A DNA stretch of 64,000 nucleotides. Source: Atractiella rhizophila (Eukaryota). Below, piece after piece: positions 52,736-64,000 of the stretch (position 1 is its first letter; each line of letters begins with the position of its first letter). A program made the position numbers and the translations under genes. Where the stretch lies: positions 15,189 to 79,188 of the forward strand of contig MU271181.1 of the NCBI GenBank assembly GCA_021432655.1. The letters run 5' to 3'. The notes beneath the pieces are model-generated. The model saw nothing but the letters and a program-made list of their open reading frames with translations. It did no database searches and was not told the origin of the DNA.

Positions 52736-53656
52736 ATTTCATATAAAAGTCCTTGTTTCAGCGCTGAAGATTTTCAGGTCCCGTCTGAGATCATTGGAGA
52801 GACATCATGATGAGGCAGAACTCGCAAGCAACACAGGCAAGCTCAATCTTGGTTTTGAGCGCTCATCTTCGACAGTCCTCTTAAATCACATTAAAATTGT
52901 GCCTCCATCGCTAGCTCCAGCATAAATCAATCCAATACAAGCAACAATTTTCGGGAACAGTTGATCGAGTGCCCAAGGGCCCCAGCTTAAGGACTGGCAC
53001 TGCAAAATCCAAGTTCAAAACACAACGACATGACCCATCTCCTCATCGTATGAACTTGTTTCTTCTGCCTGATTCCGTCGCCCTGACTTCCTTGGACACG
53101 ATCAGACTCCAGGTTAGCATGTGAGCGGGCAATGATCATGACAGCCCGGATGGGAGTGTTGTGAGTCCTCTCATACTTTCCAGTGGATATGAAGGATGTC
53201 ATTCAACCTGACGTCCTTTCCAACCAAGTATCAGCCAATTCAGCTCAATTCATCTGCTTCGAATATACTACGGGTGTGTGGTTTTTCCTCTCTTACAGTG
53301 AATCAGATTTATATTCAACAAGTGTGTCAGTGCCCTCATCCCTATGCCCCTTGGACCCCAGCCTCCGGCGGCCACTGCGTGGAGCTGTACTGGAAGTCCT
53401 ACGGACGAAATGCAGCGCTGAGGAAATTAGGGCTTTTTGTTGAAATTGACACTGTACTTGACACGATTACACTGACAGATTAACGGAACAGACAGGTGAC
53501 AGGCGACACAGGCAAAAGTGCACGCATTTATCAGCGCAGGAAACAACGGCATTCTCCGTTCACTACATAAGAACCATCCGATATGTAAGCAGCAAGTTTT
53601 ATGGGGATATAGTAGAGGGAAGAGCTTACACACAGTATTGATGCGAAATGAAAAGA

Positions 53657-54757
53657 CTAGACGTGTGGATTGGCAGACAAGTCGAGCCTTGGCAGTGGAA
53701 CTGAATGGTGTGCAAGATCAAATTGCCGAGGATAGGGAGGGAGTGGGCGGGGTAGAAGGCGAGGTGTAGGGGGTACACAAAGGTCCGGGGACGGTTTGGC
53801 AGCCAGTGACTGAGTGGCAGTCGAAGCCAGTTCAGTAATAGGAATCGACAGCGACCTCGTCGTACGAATATGATGTCTCCTTCTGTTCGTGTTAGCATTT
53901 TGGCTCTCCAGCTCCTCCGCTCCCCCCTGGCTTCTGAGAAACGCCACCTCATAATACTGTCTGGCATTGTCGTCCCATAACTCGAAGTTACCACAACGAA
54001 AACGCACACAAAATTGCAGTCTCTTCTCCCACCACTTCCCACTGGCCTTCACGGTTGCATTTCTAGTTATCTCCTCCAATCCGATCTCAAACTCGAACTC
54101 CTCAAACGCTCGCCCCCTAATCGTTCTCAGGGACGTGGCCAACACTTCCGAATGGCTTTTCCAACTATCCACCGTCCATCTGATCAGCACACTTTTCCGC
54201 AAGGCGAGGTTTTGTACGGCGACACGCCCCCTCAAACAAGTCGGTGGACCGTCATGAAAGGCGGTAGGAGAGCAGAGCTCGATGGTTTCGACGTATATTT
54301 CGGAATCGAGAGCTTTTGAAGATGAGAACGGAGTAAAGTTGACGGGATGTGGCCGAATCAGCCATTTCTCGTCCACCTCGTCATCGGTTGACCATTCGTT
54401 TTCTTCCTCCACTGGCTCGGAAGGATGGTCGATCCCTTCTTTCTTCTGTTCTTCTGTGACCGCTGTCTGACCTATAACTGTTGGCTCGTCAGAATAGTGA
54501 AAAATTTTGATTTCTTGAGGGTTGGCATTAAAGTGTACTTGATGGCACATCGAAGACCGATCTGAGAGTTTCGAGGGCAAGGAAATGGCTCGATGAGAAC
54601 GCAAAGAGCTCTTGACTTTGAGGGGAGGAGGGGAGGTGTAGATGCGTCCTTCTGCTTCGCCAGGAGGAGATCCGGATTTGTAAGCTGTATGAGGCGGTGA
54701 GTCAGGGAATAGGAAACTGGCAGGGTACTCTACCACCTCATCCTTTATTTCGACCAT
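53657..54757 (-). CDS. CBM21-domain protein, putative glycogen-targeting regulatory subunit of protein phosphatase 1
   Basis: Uninterrupted 366-aa ATG ORF with an RVxF-like HQVHF and CBM21 motifs LRGRVAVQNLALRKSVLIRWTVDSWKS and LQFCVRF...WDDNARQYY. Confidence 0.85.
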   Translation of the reverse strand: MVEIKDEVVEYPASFLFPDSPPHTAYKSGSPPGEAEGRIYTSPPPLKVKSSLRSHRAISLPSKLSDRSSMCHQVHFNANPQEIKIFHYSDEPTVIGQTAVTEEQKKEGIDHPSEPVEEENEWSTDDEVDEKWLIRPHPVNFTPFSSSKALDSEIYVETIELCSPTAFHDGPPTCLRGRVAVQNLALRKSVLIRWTVDSWKSHSEVLATSLRTIRGRAFEEFEFEIGLEEITRNATVKASGKWWEKRLQFCVRFRCGNFELWDDNARQYYEVAFLRSQGGAEELESQNANTNRRRHHIRTTRSLSIPITELASTATQSLAAKPSPDLCVPPTPRLLPRPLPPYPRQFDLAHHSVPLPRLDLSANPHV

Positions 54758-56574
54758 GGTGTGAACCCTAGTTTCTCGACCCCAAAAGCCAGGGTATGAA
54801 GATTCCTGTCTGCAGGATCTGCAGCTTTCGTCCTTTCGTCCCCTTTATTAACTTTATATTGGAACAAGGTTCTCGGAAATTTTGAGCAAAGCCGCATTCA
54901 GAAAGGAAGGTGTGGCTTGTAGAATTCATTTTATCGCCGATTGCGGCAGGCGGCATACCTCGGCATCCTCATATGTACACAGTCTGAATAATCAGACGCA
55001 ACTCCTATTGCTCGCTGGTAAGGGAAAGAAGCGAGCGGAGTGAGCGTCTGACATTCGGCCCAAGGTCTGATTGCAAGCTCCTTTTTGCGTGGACTCGAGC
55101 TCCTGCTGAAATGCACTTGTTGCCTGCACCGCGTGGCAGCACTTGAACAATTTTCTCTCTGTCTCTCAGCAAACTCCATTAAACTTACATAATATTCTCG
55201 GAAAGGCATCAAGGCATTTGTTGCCTCAAGGTCTGCATAGGAGGAATCAGGCAGGCAAGCGAAGCTGGATAAGTCCAGAAAAACCGTTCATGCCAGCAGA
55301 TGCGGAGTCCGTTATTGTGGGTAAGAGCTGCCACCCGAGATTGCAACGTTTCAACTTCAACTTAACCCATCCCGCAGCAGCGCTGGCCTGGTTGATCGAA
55401 ACTTTACCATTGTCTCTGGATTTCACTTAACCTTGATTTTCATATAAGAAACGCGTTCTTTCACCACTCGCGTTCAACCATTGCCGCTTCATGGTGGTAA
55501 AAAGCGCGGAGGGAATTCGTCGATAGCTTGCTCACACCTCACCAATTTGTTTTTACTATGCGCTCACAATGACACTTAGAACGCACAGCGAGTCCGGCAA
55601 TAGGAAAAGGAAAAAGGTCGTGTATGTTCACTTCTTTGCGTCCTCCCAATTTACTGATCCCCATAGTCTGAAGGAGAAGACGGCGCGCCGAAGGCTCTTT
55701 CGATCACTAACCCTTCGAACTCTCCTACCAAAAACGGCAAGATGACGCCGACGGTGGATAAGTCACGGATCCTTTCTTTTCGACGGACGCAAGCGTCTCA
55801 ACACGTCTCAAAATGGATAGCAATTTTCCGGAGTACGACCTGTGGATACCGTTTCAGCGCAAGCAGCCTATGTTTCATACACAGTTCATTGCATTCGCAG
55901 CCAATGCGGATCATTTCTCGAAGAATGGAATGATGGGGATTGGATGCCATGACAAGCAAGCTGGCGAAGAGGTTCACGGCTTTGCAGAAGACGGGGAGAC
56001 AATTCGGCGCCAGTTGTACGAGTTTGCAATGACAAAGGGAGGCTTGGATCGAAAGAAGAAGGAGAGCCGAAGGAGGTGTTACCACCTGAAGGAAAGTGAT
56101 GCGGCAGAGGTTGGCGAGACGAAGAAAGTATGCTGTTTATTTTTCTGTGTATTCTATGTGTTTTCCAGTGAAAGTGAAATATTGGCATAGAACCCGTCGG
56201 AGTTGTGCATAGAATTGCTCGTGCATAACTTTCATTATATCACACGTTGTTGCATCTTCCAGAGCAGCCAGAAAGCAAAGCAAAATAGGAAACGAGAAAA
56301 GGAGCATACATTTTGCAAAGGTTTCTATCCAGGTTTAAAAGATCGGAGGGCCGTGGAGGCTGCTGGAGGCGTGCAGGCAAGGCAGAGTCACTAGGCACCG
56401 CCAGGAGGTGAATGGATTTGGATTTCTGGTGCGCACCTGGACTCGGAGGGACATATAGATTCCCAGCATCTGCCTCCCATGGGGTAATTGCCTCAGATGC
56501 CTCCTTGCTCTCTGGCCGGCGAATGGAGTAGAAAAGACATTTACCAATGAGGGTTACGTTACTTAGTGGCCACT

Positions 56575-56865
56575 CATAACATACAAGTGTGTCAGAGGCC
56601 TTTGTCCCTCAGGCCCCCACCCCACTCGCAAGGGGCATGGCTCCCTGAACCCTACTGTGACTCTTGGGAGGGTTCGAGTCCAGTGTGAAACATATTTTTT
56701 ACCCCCTTCAGAATAAAATTTCCTCACGGATTCAGAAAGGCGCAAGCATATGCAGTAAGATGGTGTAATTCATTTCTTTTCAATATCCCTGGTAAGGGAG
56801 GTATGAAGGCTCAAAAGTGTGTTTTATGACTCATGCCAAGAACTGATGAATCTTAGAAGAATAGA
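56575..56865. repeat. Dispersed repeat of about 290 bp, copy 1
   Basis: Colinear with 62172-62460 (ggcctttgtccctcaggccccc ... ttatgactcat.ccaagaactgatgaatcttaga). Confidence 0.85.
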
Positions 56866-57055
56866 TAAGGATAAATGGATCTATGAGATAATGTGGATTA
56901 GGATAATTCGCCGTTAGCGCAACATGTTCTTCATGACTTTCCTTGTTGAAACCCGAATCCCAAATTGCCTATCATGACGTCAGATCCAGCCTCTTCTTCC
57001 CAAGGCATTGTTCAGCTACGCAGCAGTGGATCTCCTGTGAAACGCAAGAACTGAG

Positions 57056-58260
57056 TCACACCACATCCGCTAAGAGCCAAGGTGAGTGACTGTGAGCATC
57101 CGAAAAAGCCCTCTTAACATCAGTTGAAGAGCTATCAGAAGATTTGTTAGAGTGATCACAAAGAGCCTTGAGGAAGGGTCTAAACACGGAATGGCAGAAA
57201 TGTCCATCGCAAGCTCCGCGAATTTCCTCTCCTGCTCTGACCCTGCTGCCTTCCAAGCCTTGTAGTGGTAGCTCAATGCATCTAGCTCATTTGTTGACCC
57301 ATCCTCTCGCGAGACCATGGCTTCTGATTTTGTATCTGAAAACTCCATAAAGAAGTCCACTTCAACAGGTGTTCCATTCAATTGCTTGATCATCGGATCA
57401 TACGACACCATTTTCATCTTCTTTCATGGATGTTGGTCCTAACCATAATTCAGTCAGGATTTGTTGATAACCAGTACACACTGTGTGGCCCATGTCAGTC
57501 TCTCCTGTCACGCTTACTGTATAATACTCTTCATAATACCCTGTTAGGCTGTTGACTGCATCCGTAATCCAAACTGTTTCCCAATCTAGCAACTTCAAGT
57601 AAGCCATCCTTCGATTTGGATGACGAACTGTGAAAATTGAGCAGCCAGGCAATAAGACAGAAAGACCAGGAGCATACAAAGCGCCGAAGTGCATATATGT
57701 GCCTCATCTGTTACCTTTAAGAACTACTTATCAAGCAGCTTGTGGGCACACTTGGCACCATTCCAAATAGCCATATGCGCCTCAGCGGAATGCCACTCAC
57801 TGTCCAACTGATAATCTTCATACAGCCGGCATAGGTGAATGCCAATGTTGTTGAACATTGGTATCACATGAGCAAGATTGGGCCTGTCAGATTGTGACAT
57901 TTTGTCTCTTGTCTCCTGAAAGAGCTCATTTCAGCCCATTGCTTCATGCTTATCACAAAAGGCAAAAGACTCATCAAACGACGGAACAAGCTCATGCATG
58001 GTCGACCACTCCATTCCTGTCAGTCGGCATTTCTCCAGCTTCAGCCTTGGCTCCCCACAGACATTTGGGATGGGCTCCATCAGCTGCAGAGCATAATTTA
58101 CCATTGCACCTTCACCATTCTCTCGGGGAGGGCAAGCATGAACGAGGTGGATTGTGGGCTTGAAGTGCTTGAGCACTCCGGCTGGATCATCTTTCTATGC
58201 TTGTAGGACTTCAGCCTTCAGGATCTTCAACCCTCTTGGCAAGATTAGCGACCCAATCCA
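57056..58260 (-). mobile_element. hAT transposase remnant (hAT-4, different subfamily)
   Basis: AMVNYALQL..LKLEKCRLTGMEW, VRHPNRRMAYLKLLDW and KFAELAMDISAIP match the C-terminal half of hAT transposases. Confidence 0.7.
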
Positions 58261-58309
58261 ATGGAGTGGCTATGAAAAATATAAGTTGTCAGTCAAAACA
58301 ACTAATCAA

Positions 58310-58500
58310 TAGGGATGGCTGTTGAAATCAGCTCAAACCCACGCTGGCTCCGATACCCCAGTTGGCATCGAATCGACCAAGCCCACCACTTCGATTCACC
58401 ATTCGACTCGAGTTTGACTTCTAAGGTGTACCGAATCCACCCCAGTCGGCTCTCTTTCAGGCCCACGAGACCGAGAAATGAAGACCAGATTCACAGCCCT
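58310..58500. mobile_element. Isolated hAT terminus of the TAGGGATG family
   Basis: tagggatggct at 58310 is followed by cgatac/cgaatcga/ttcgattc subterminal motifs like those of hAT-1. No partner end found. Confidence 0.6.
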
Positions 58501-60888
58501 CGAGACCCTGCCCCAGCCAATTCTCAAAACAAGTCTGAATTCATGAATTGGCAGTATCTTGGTCGGAAAGGTGAATTCCAAAATAGGAAATCACTAAAGG
58601 CGGGAAGGCACCTCTGTATCTGCCGCAATATATGTCATATCCCTCTGCTCCTATCCCTTAAGGAGTGTCCTTTATATTGACTCTGAATTGTATACTAAGT
58701 GGAAAACACATGTGATCCCACATATCTCTGTCTCTCCGCTTTAAATTTCACTGCCATGGGAACGTGAAGAAGAGAAGAAGCTAGGTGAAGTGTAATACAG
58801 AGCATACAGATGGCAAACCAGTACATCTTTCATTTGTGTCTGTGTAGAGATGTCTTCTATTGCAATTAATATCGTCGTCCCTCCCTGACGGTCTCAGAGA
58901 ATACTAGAAGAGACACCTCATCCATCATTGGTGGGCATTAGACGCATCCCTTTTCAAGCAATGGCCTCCCAGTGCATGCACCTTGAGCTGCAAAAGTGTC
59001 TTTCTCAAAACAGGATCTACATTTTCTTCATCACTGATGCTGTGTTATGAGTACTGAGTACTTAACGCTTTCAATTGAGCTGTAATATGCCGATGTATGA
59101 AATCAATTCAATGTCATTTACTTCATGAAAGCAGAAATAGAGAGAATGTAGGACGGTGTCGGTGTGGACTGGATCATTAAAGCCGTCATCAGTTCAGTTC
59201 AGTAGGCAATATGAGAAGACATACCTTTACTATCCTCCAACCATTGTTTCTTCCTACTACGCCCTGGTTTCTCCTGAAGGATGACATTACCTTGTTCTAG
59301 CTGTTCAATCAACACTTTTAGCCAGTTCTCATCTGCCCTTCACAAACCGGCTTACATGTGATTTACAAAGTCCTCTGCACTAATCACATGTCTGATTCCT
59401 CACAGTAGAAGCTCCATCCCTTGAAGATTATATCAAACTTTGCAACCGGCCATTCCTTGAAGTCTTGCTGCAATACATTACCTGTATTTTGAGTTTTCAT
59501 GAGTTCACATTTGTAACCAACCAGTAAAGTGCAACTCACTGGCAAGCTGTTTCAACAACTTTTTTGCATAAGTTTCGTTTTCATCCCGATACTGGCAATC
59601 ATCTAACGAGTGGAGTTGATCTACATAATATATCAGATGTCAGGTGATGAGATAGAATTGTCAACTGACCTTCATGCTTCTATAAGTGGTGCACGGCTCT
59701 CTCTTGTTTACTGCCTCAGATCGTGTAATTCTGCTAGGGAGGGTGTGTGGAGACTGTATATACACTGCTATGTAATTCAAAAATGAGAGACCGTGGGTCA
59801 TGCCCTTGGTTCGGACACAATTTTCCGTCAGGAGTGTATTGACAAAGCTAATTGCATTGTCAGATGAAGCTTCCATCTTGAATGCCCCATTTTGAGCCTG
59901 TGATGAAACACAAAAGATGACGAATTCACAGTGAGCAGTAGCAGACACATTGTTGATTTAGAGACATCGGTGAAATGAGCACAGTCGTAACGGTGACACC
60001 GAAATAGACTGACTTCTCTTTTCGCCTTCTGCACATGTGACACCTTGAAGCTGTGAAAGCTGCTTTCCGAAGCCCCTTTGATATTCTGAGCCTGTAGAAA
60101 CAGATGTTCTTTCCCCGCCTCATTGGCAGCAGCTTTCAACTCTTCGTACTTCCTGCCCAGCATCTTCCCCCTATTGCCACCGCTGTATACAGATCTAACT
60201 TATAAAACGATGTATTACCATATTTTTTGCAGGCTGAAGGTGTATAGCATATCACGTACACTGTTTGGATTGTGAAATTGCCTGGGCAGCCGGATGGTAC
60301 TTCACAAAGATGTTGTAGTCATTCAATTTTGTCTGTACAACGCTAGTACTCTCTATTAGTACTGCCATCCATCCTCACTTCAGATAAAGCACTGACCTAT
60401 AGTGTGGTGCACTGTCTGGATGAACACCAAGTTCAATTGCTTTGACAATCATTTCACGTTCTTACCACTCCTTCAAAGCTGAGAACTCCTTCCTTTGCAC
60501 GTTATTTAGCGACTACTCCCTCCGTTCAAGCCCTCCTCCCTTATTCCTCCCTCCTCACCCTCTCTAGTCCAGTGATTGTCGATTTATGAGATGAATAGAG
60601 TAATGAGCGCCTGAGATGGCTGGTTGGAGTGGAGTCTCCCTAGCATGAGAGGGTTGACGTGATGCGTGGGTGTTTTCCAACAACAAGGAGTGTGTGAGCA
60701 TGCTTTGTGGAGGTCGGAAAATGAATGAGGAGGAATAATGGGAAGGGAGGCTGTGGAAATGTAATGGAATAGTGTAAAAGAGTTGGGTAAAGAGATTCTA
60801 AAAAAGATTCTGAAAAAAGTGACTAAGGAGGTCCCTCAGAGGAGGTTTAGCCCACTCCTGTCCATCCTGCCAATGAGTGTGTGGTCTT

Positions 60889-61610
60889 CTACTTCTTCTT
60901 TATATAACGAAGAATCCTTTCGGTGGCACGGGTGTGGTGAGTTAACCTTTTGATGGCCCTGATGTATTTCCATAGAAGGGGCAGTGTATCTGGATTAGAG
61001 AGGACCGAGGCATTCCTTGTAAGCTGGGCTCCGATCTTCGCCAAATCTTTTTTGAGGGTTTCACCATAGGATCTGTATCTCTGACAGAATTGCAGATAGT
61101 GCTTGACCGTCTCTCTAGAGTGACAGAACTCACATGAGGGGGACTCCCATACCTTTCTGCGGTGCAGGTGGTCCCCTAAACCAACATGTCCCCACCTCAG
61201 CTGCACCACTATTGACGCTACCAGCCTGGGGAGTGCAGCAAGCATGCTGTATGTTTTCGCTGAAGAGAGGTCGCCCTTTGCCTTTGTGTGATGTTTGCTA
61301 CCGTTGGTGAAAGTGCCAGACTGAGGGAGTGAGTGGGAGCGGATAGCTTGGGCAAATGAGGAAGGGCTGAAAGGAAATACAGGTGGAAGAGGCACTCTTC
61401 TCTCTTGGCTGCTTCACACGCCGGAGAGTCCGCTGCCTCATTCCCTTCCACCTCAAGGTGCCCCGGTATCCACTGAGGTTGGATACGGACATTGGGTAGA
61501 AGGGTGGTGATGTCGCTAAGGCGAGAGTGGGACCGGGTCGGTTTTTAGGCCACCTCTCCAGAGCCTTTATAGCGCTCTGGCTATCTAGCAGGATTACCAC
61601 GTTTGGTGGG
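60889..61610 (-). mobile_element. Tad1-like LINE ORF2 C-terminal fragment (RNase H plus Cys/His finger)
   Basis: LDSQSAIKAL, WIPGHLEVEGNEAAD, QLRWGH and CEFC..ETVKHYLQFC. Frameshifted. Confidence 0.88.
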
Positions 61611-62171
61611 ATGTCTTTCCCTGTCAAATATACTGTCAGTATTGATCCTGAAAGTATCCGTGTATAGATTCCTAATGTAATCTTGATACATCCATATACT
61701 GTGATATGGCTATGCCAACGGCAGCTGATGCGGCCCAGACATGAGACGTCCAGATGATGAAACACAGAATGCAGAAACCACTGCCACTTGCATCAATAAT
61801 CATGGGGTAACCCGATTTCTTCTCCTTCTCATGGCTTCTTTCCGAATTCCCTAACATGTATGACCATTCGAACGAAGCTATAAAAGTATGTGGCGAACAC
61901 TCACTTCAACTCTCTCACACTGTCAAAGAGAGCAAGATATTGGACTGTTCCTGAGTTTTGTGTGTTTAGTGCCAACTTGAAGTGTCAGGTCTTCATAGAA
62001 TTGTCACGTGAACCTTGACTAAACTGATACCAAAGTTGCAGTGCTGAGTGGCAAGGAAAGCACAGTACACAGATTGCACAGGTACCAACAAAGGGTAATA
62101 ACAGATTGTCTATGGAAGCAGCACACATTTTCTGTTTTGCCATGAAGTATAGAGCATTATGACTTAGATCT

Positions 62172-62460
62172 TATAACCAACAAGTATGTCAACGGCCTTT
62201 GTCCCTCAGGCCCCCCAACCCACTTGCAAGGGGTATGGCCCCTTAAAGCCTACTGTGACCCTTGTAAGGGTTTGAGTCCAGTACAAAACACAATTTTCAA
62301 CCCTCTCAGAATAAATTTCCTTGCAGGTTCCAAAAGGGGGAAGCATATGGGATATGATGGTATAATACATTTCATTCTATTGTGCATGGTGAGGAAGGTG
62401 TGAGGGCTCAAAAGAGCATCTTATGACTCATACCAAGAACTGATGAATCTTAGAGGATAG
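62172..62460. repeat. Dispersed repeat of about 290 bp, copy 2
   Basis: Direct, diverged copy of 56575-56865. Confidence 0.85.
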
Positions 62461-63354
62461 GATTCTAATTCTGGATGCACCTTGAAGGCCATACCTGTGT
62501 AATATCTACTTAGAGGTATTGATCTAATATTAAGATGAGTTGTGTACTATCCAGCTCCAAAAAGATAACCACTATTATACTGCCATTGCTTGTCAGATAA
62601 TTGTGTCCATAGGAATTGATGGACATTTGCACATTCTCACTTCTCACATCCTACATCACTTTAGTCATATGACCTTTTCCCCTTTCTCTTTCTTCTTCTA
62701 TCGCTGATATTTGGCTCAAGGAACAGAAATGGGCTACAGTGATAATTTCTTGCAGATATACAAAACCCCTGCAGTGTGAGATCATGAGTGCATAGCGACA
62801 TACGAGACTGCAAGGTGCGAGACCAAAATAAGCGGTGGGTCTCGTACTTGCAAGACAATTCTTCTTATAGCAAAGAGAGTTGAATAATAAGAAAGTACAA
62901 CCACAAGTGACATAAAGGCTTAAGGCACACCACGGGTGATGGAAGGAGGAGGCACACAATGCTCCTATGGCCCATCACATTGCAAGTCCTGTCACTTTTG
63001 TGGCTTGCATTTGTGTTGTACCATCTTCAATGTCACTAATGCAGTTTGTGGTGGAAGAATGTTCTCATGCTAATCAATCATTCGGAACCTTGAATCCAAA
63101 ATGGGTACATCATCTCTTGCCTTCCCGACAAATGCTCCGTTCCATACACACCGTACCCTATCCATGCCCGGAGGCATCTCCCAGTTCTGTACCACAGTAA
63201 CCCCATGACCTTCTATCATATTCTTCATATTCTATTCCCTGAGTTGAATATCTGTATTCTTGGTTGAAAGAAAGAATCTACTTATCCTTATATATAAAGC
63301 ACGACGGGTTTTGACCATGACTCACACATGTACTTTTGAGCCCTTATATCACAG

Positions 63355-63625
63355 CCCACAACAGTCCTTTCAAAATTCTGAGCATACAGCAAGAATACAC
63401 GTGTCGGCGCCCTTCGAACCGTATACAGCAAAGCCCATTTGAAAGACGAAAAAAAAATTGTTTTCCCCAACTGACTCATGTGACTTCTTGGTCCACAACA
63501 ACCCCCTTAAAATTCTGAGCATACCACCAGAATACGCGTGTCAGCGCCTTTCCAACCGTATACAATAAAGCTTATTTAAAGGACAAAAAATAGTTGTCTT
63601 CCATGACTGAGTCAAGTGACTGACT
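63355..63625. repeat. Two tandem units of about 137 bp
   Basis: aaaattctgagcatac..agaatac.cgtgtc.gcgcc.tt..aaccgtataca occurs at about 63372 and 63509. Confidence 0.85.
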
Positions 63626-63683
63626 TCGGCACTTTGACAAAAATTTCCTTACGTACTCAAATAAGGCAACAACGTACAGAGGT

Positions 63684-63774
63684 TGCGCGATGGTGTAGTT
63701 GGTGTATGGTTGGGTAGTTGAGTTTTAGCTGATTGGTGTTGGTGTGGGTTCGATTCTCGGTCATGTCACATTTT
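63684..63774 (+). other. tRNA-like Pol III promoter module (pseudo-tRNA or SINE head)
   Basis: A-box tggtgtagttgg (63691-63702), B-box ggttcgattc (63747-63756) and tttt at 63771-63774. The acceptor and anticodon stems do not pair well. Confidence 0.5.
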
Positions 63775-64000
63775 GTCACTGCCAAATCCTATTGTGTGCA
63801 AACTGCGTGCCTGCAATTTCTAATTTCTTCAGAGCTTTCTGAGACTTCTCATGTCATGCGCCAAAAACTGTTGTTTGCCAACTATGAGGGAAAGTGAGCA
63901 AGCATTCATGCAAGTGAAACAGTTTCTTTCACCACAAATATGCTTCCTAACAGTCTACTATAATATCCCTCAGCCTGTTAACATCAAATCAAATCAAGCA

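Noticed and set aside
50426..61902. Inverted tgttcgccaca pair resembling the MITE TIR, suggesting an 11.5-kb element
   Set aside because: The terminal bases are degenerate and the flanks (ggtattgc and acttcaac) show no TSD.
1..64000. CRISPR array, rRNA or prokaryotic operon
   Set aside because: No repeat-spacer array or rRNA-like sequence was seen, and the window is eukaryotic with spliceosomal introns.

Overview
Intron-containing fungal DNA, most likely basidiomycete (short GT..AG introns, a DUF6533-like membrane gene, basidiomycete-type transposon families). The window is a dense nest of transposons and decayed genes. Mobile elements: (i) hAT DNA transposons, including one complete copy with TIRs and a perfect 8-bp TSD (19945-24253), a near-complete relative (3247-7595), two remnants and one isolated terminus; (ii) a Tc1/IS630-type DDE element, an IS3EU-like integrase-core element, and two CMC/EnSpm/Plavaka-like transposases, one apparently within a three-gene cassette and ending in a BAH-like domain; (iii) several non-LTR retrotransposon pieces, one a 5'-truncated insertion with a 15-bp TSD and (CAA)n tail; (iv) two MITEs and LTR-like repeats. 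Host-type genes are mostly fragments: acyl-CoA synthetase, STAND-ATPase/TPR (NLR-like), FAD monooxygenase and flavin-dependent halogenase. A CBM21 glycogen-targeting PP1 subunit ORF is the clearest uninterrupted gene. The best leads are an uncharacterised N-terminal domain shared by two divergent hAT transposases, the three-gene CMC-like cassette, and a conserved LINE 3' stem-loop module on different upstream bodies. All calls come from reading the sequence by eye. Family names rest on motif recognition, not database searches, and exon boundaries are approximate.
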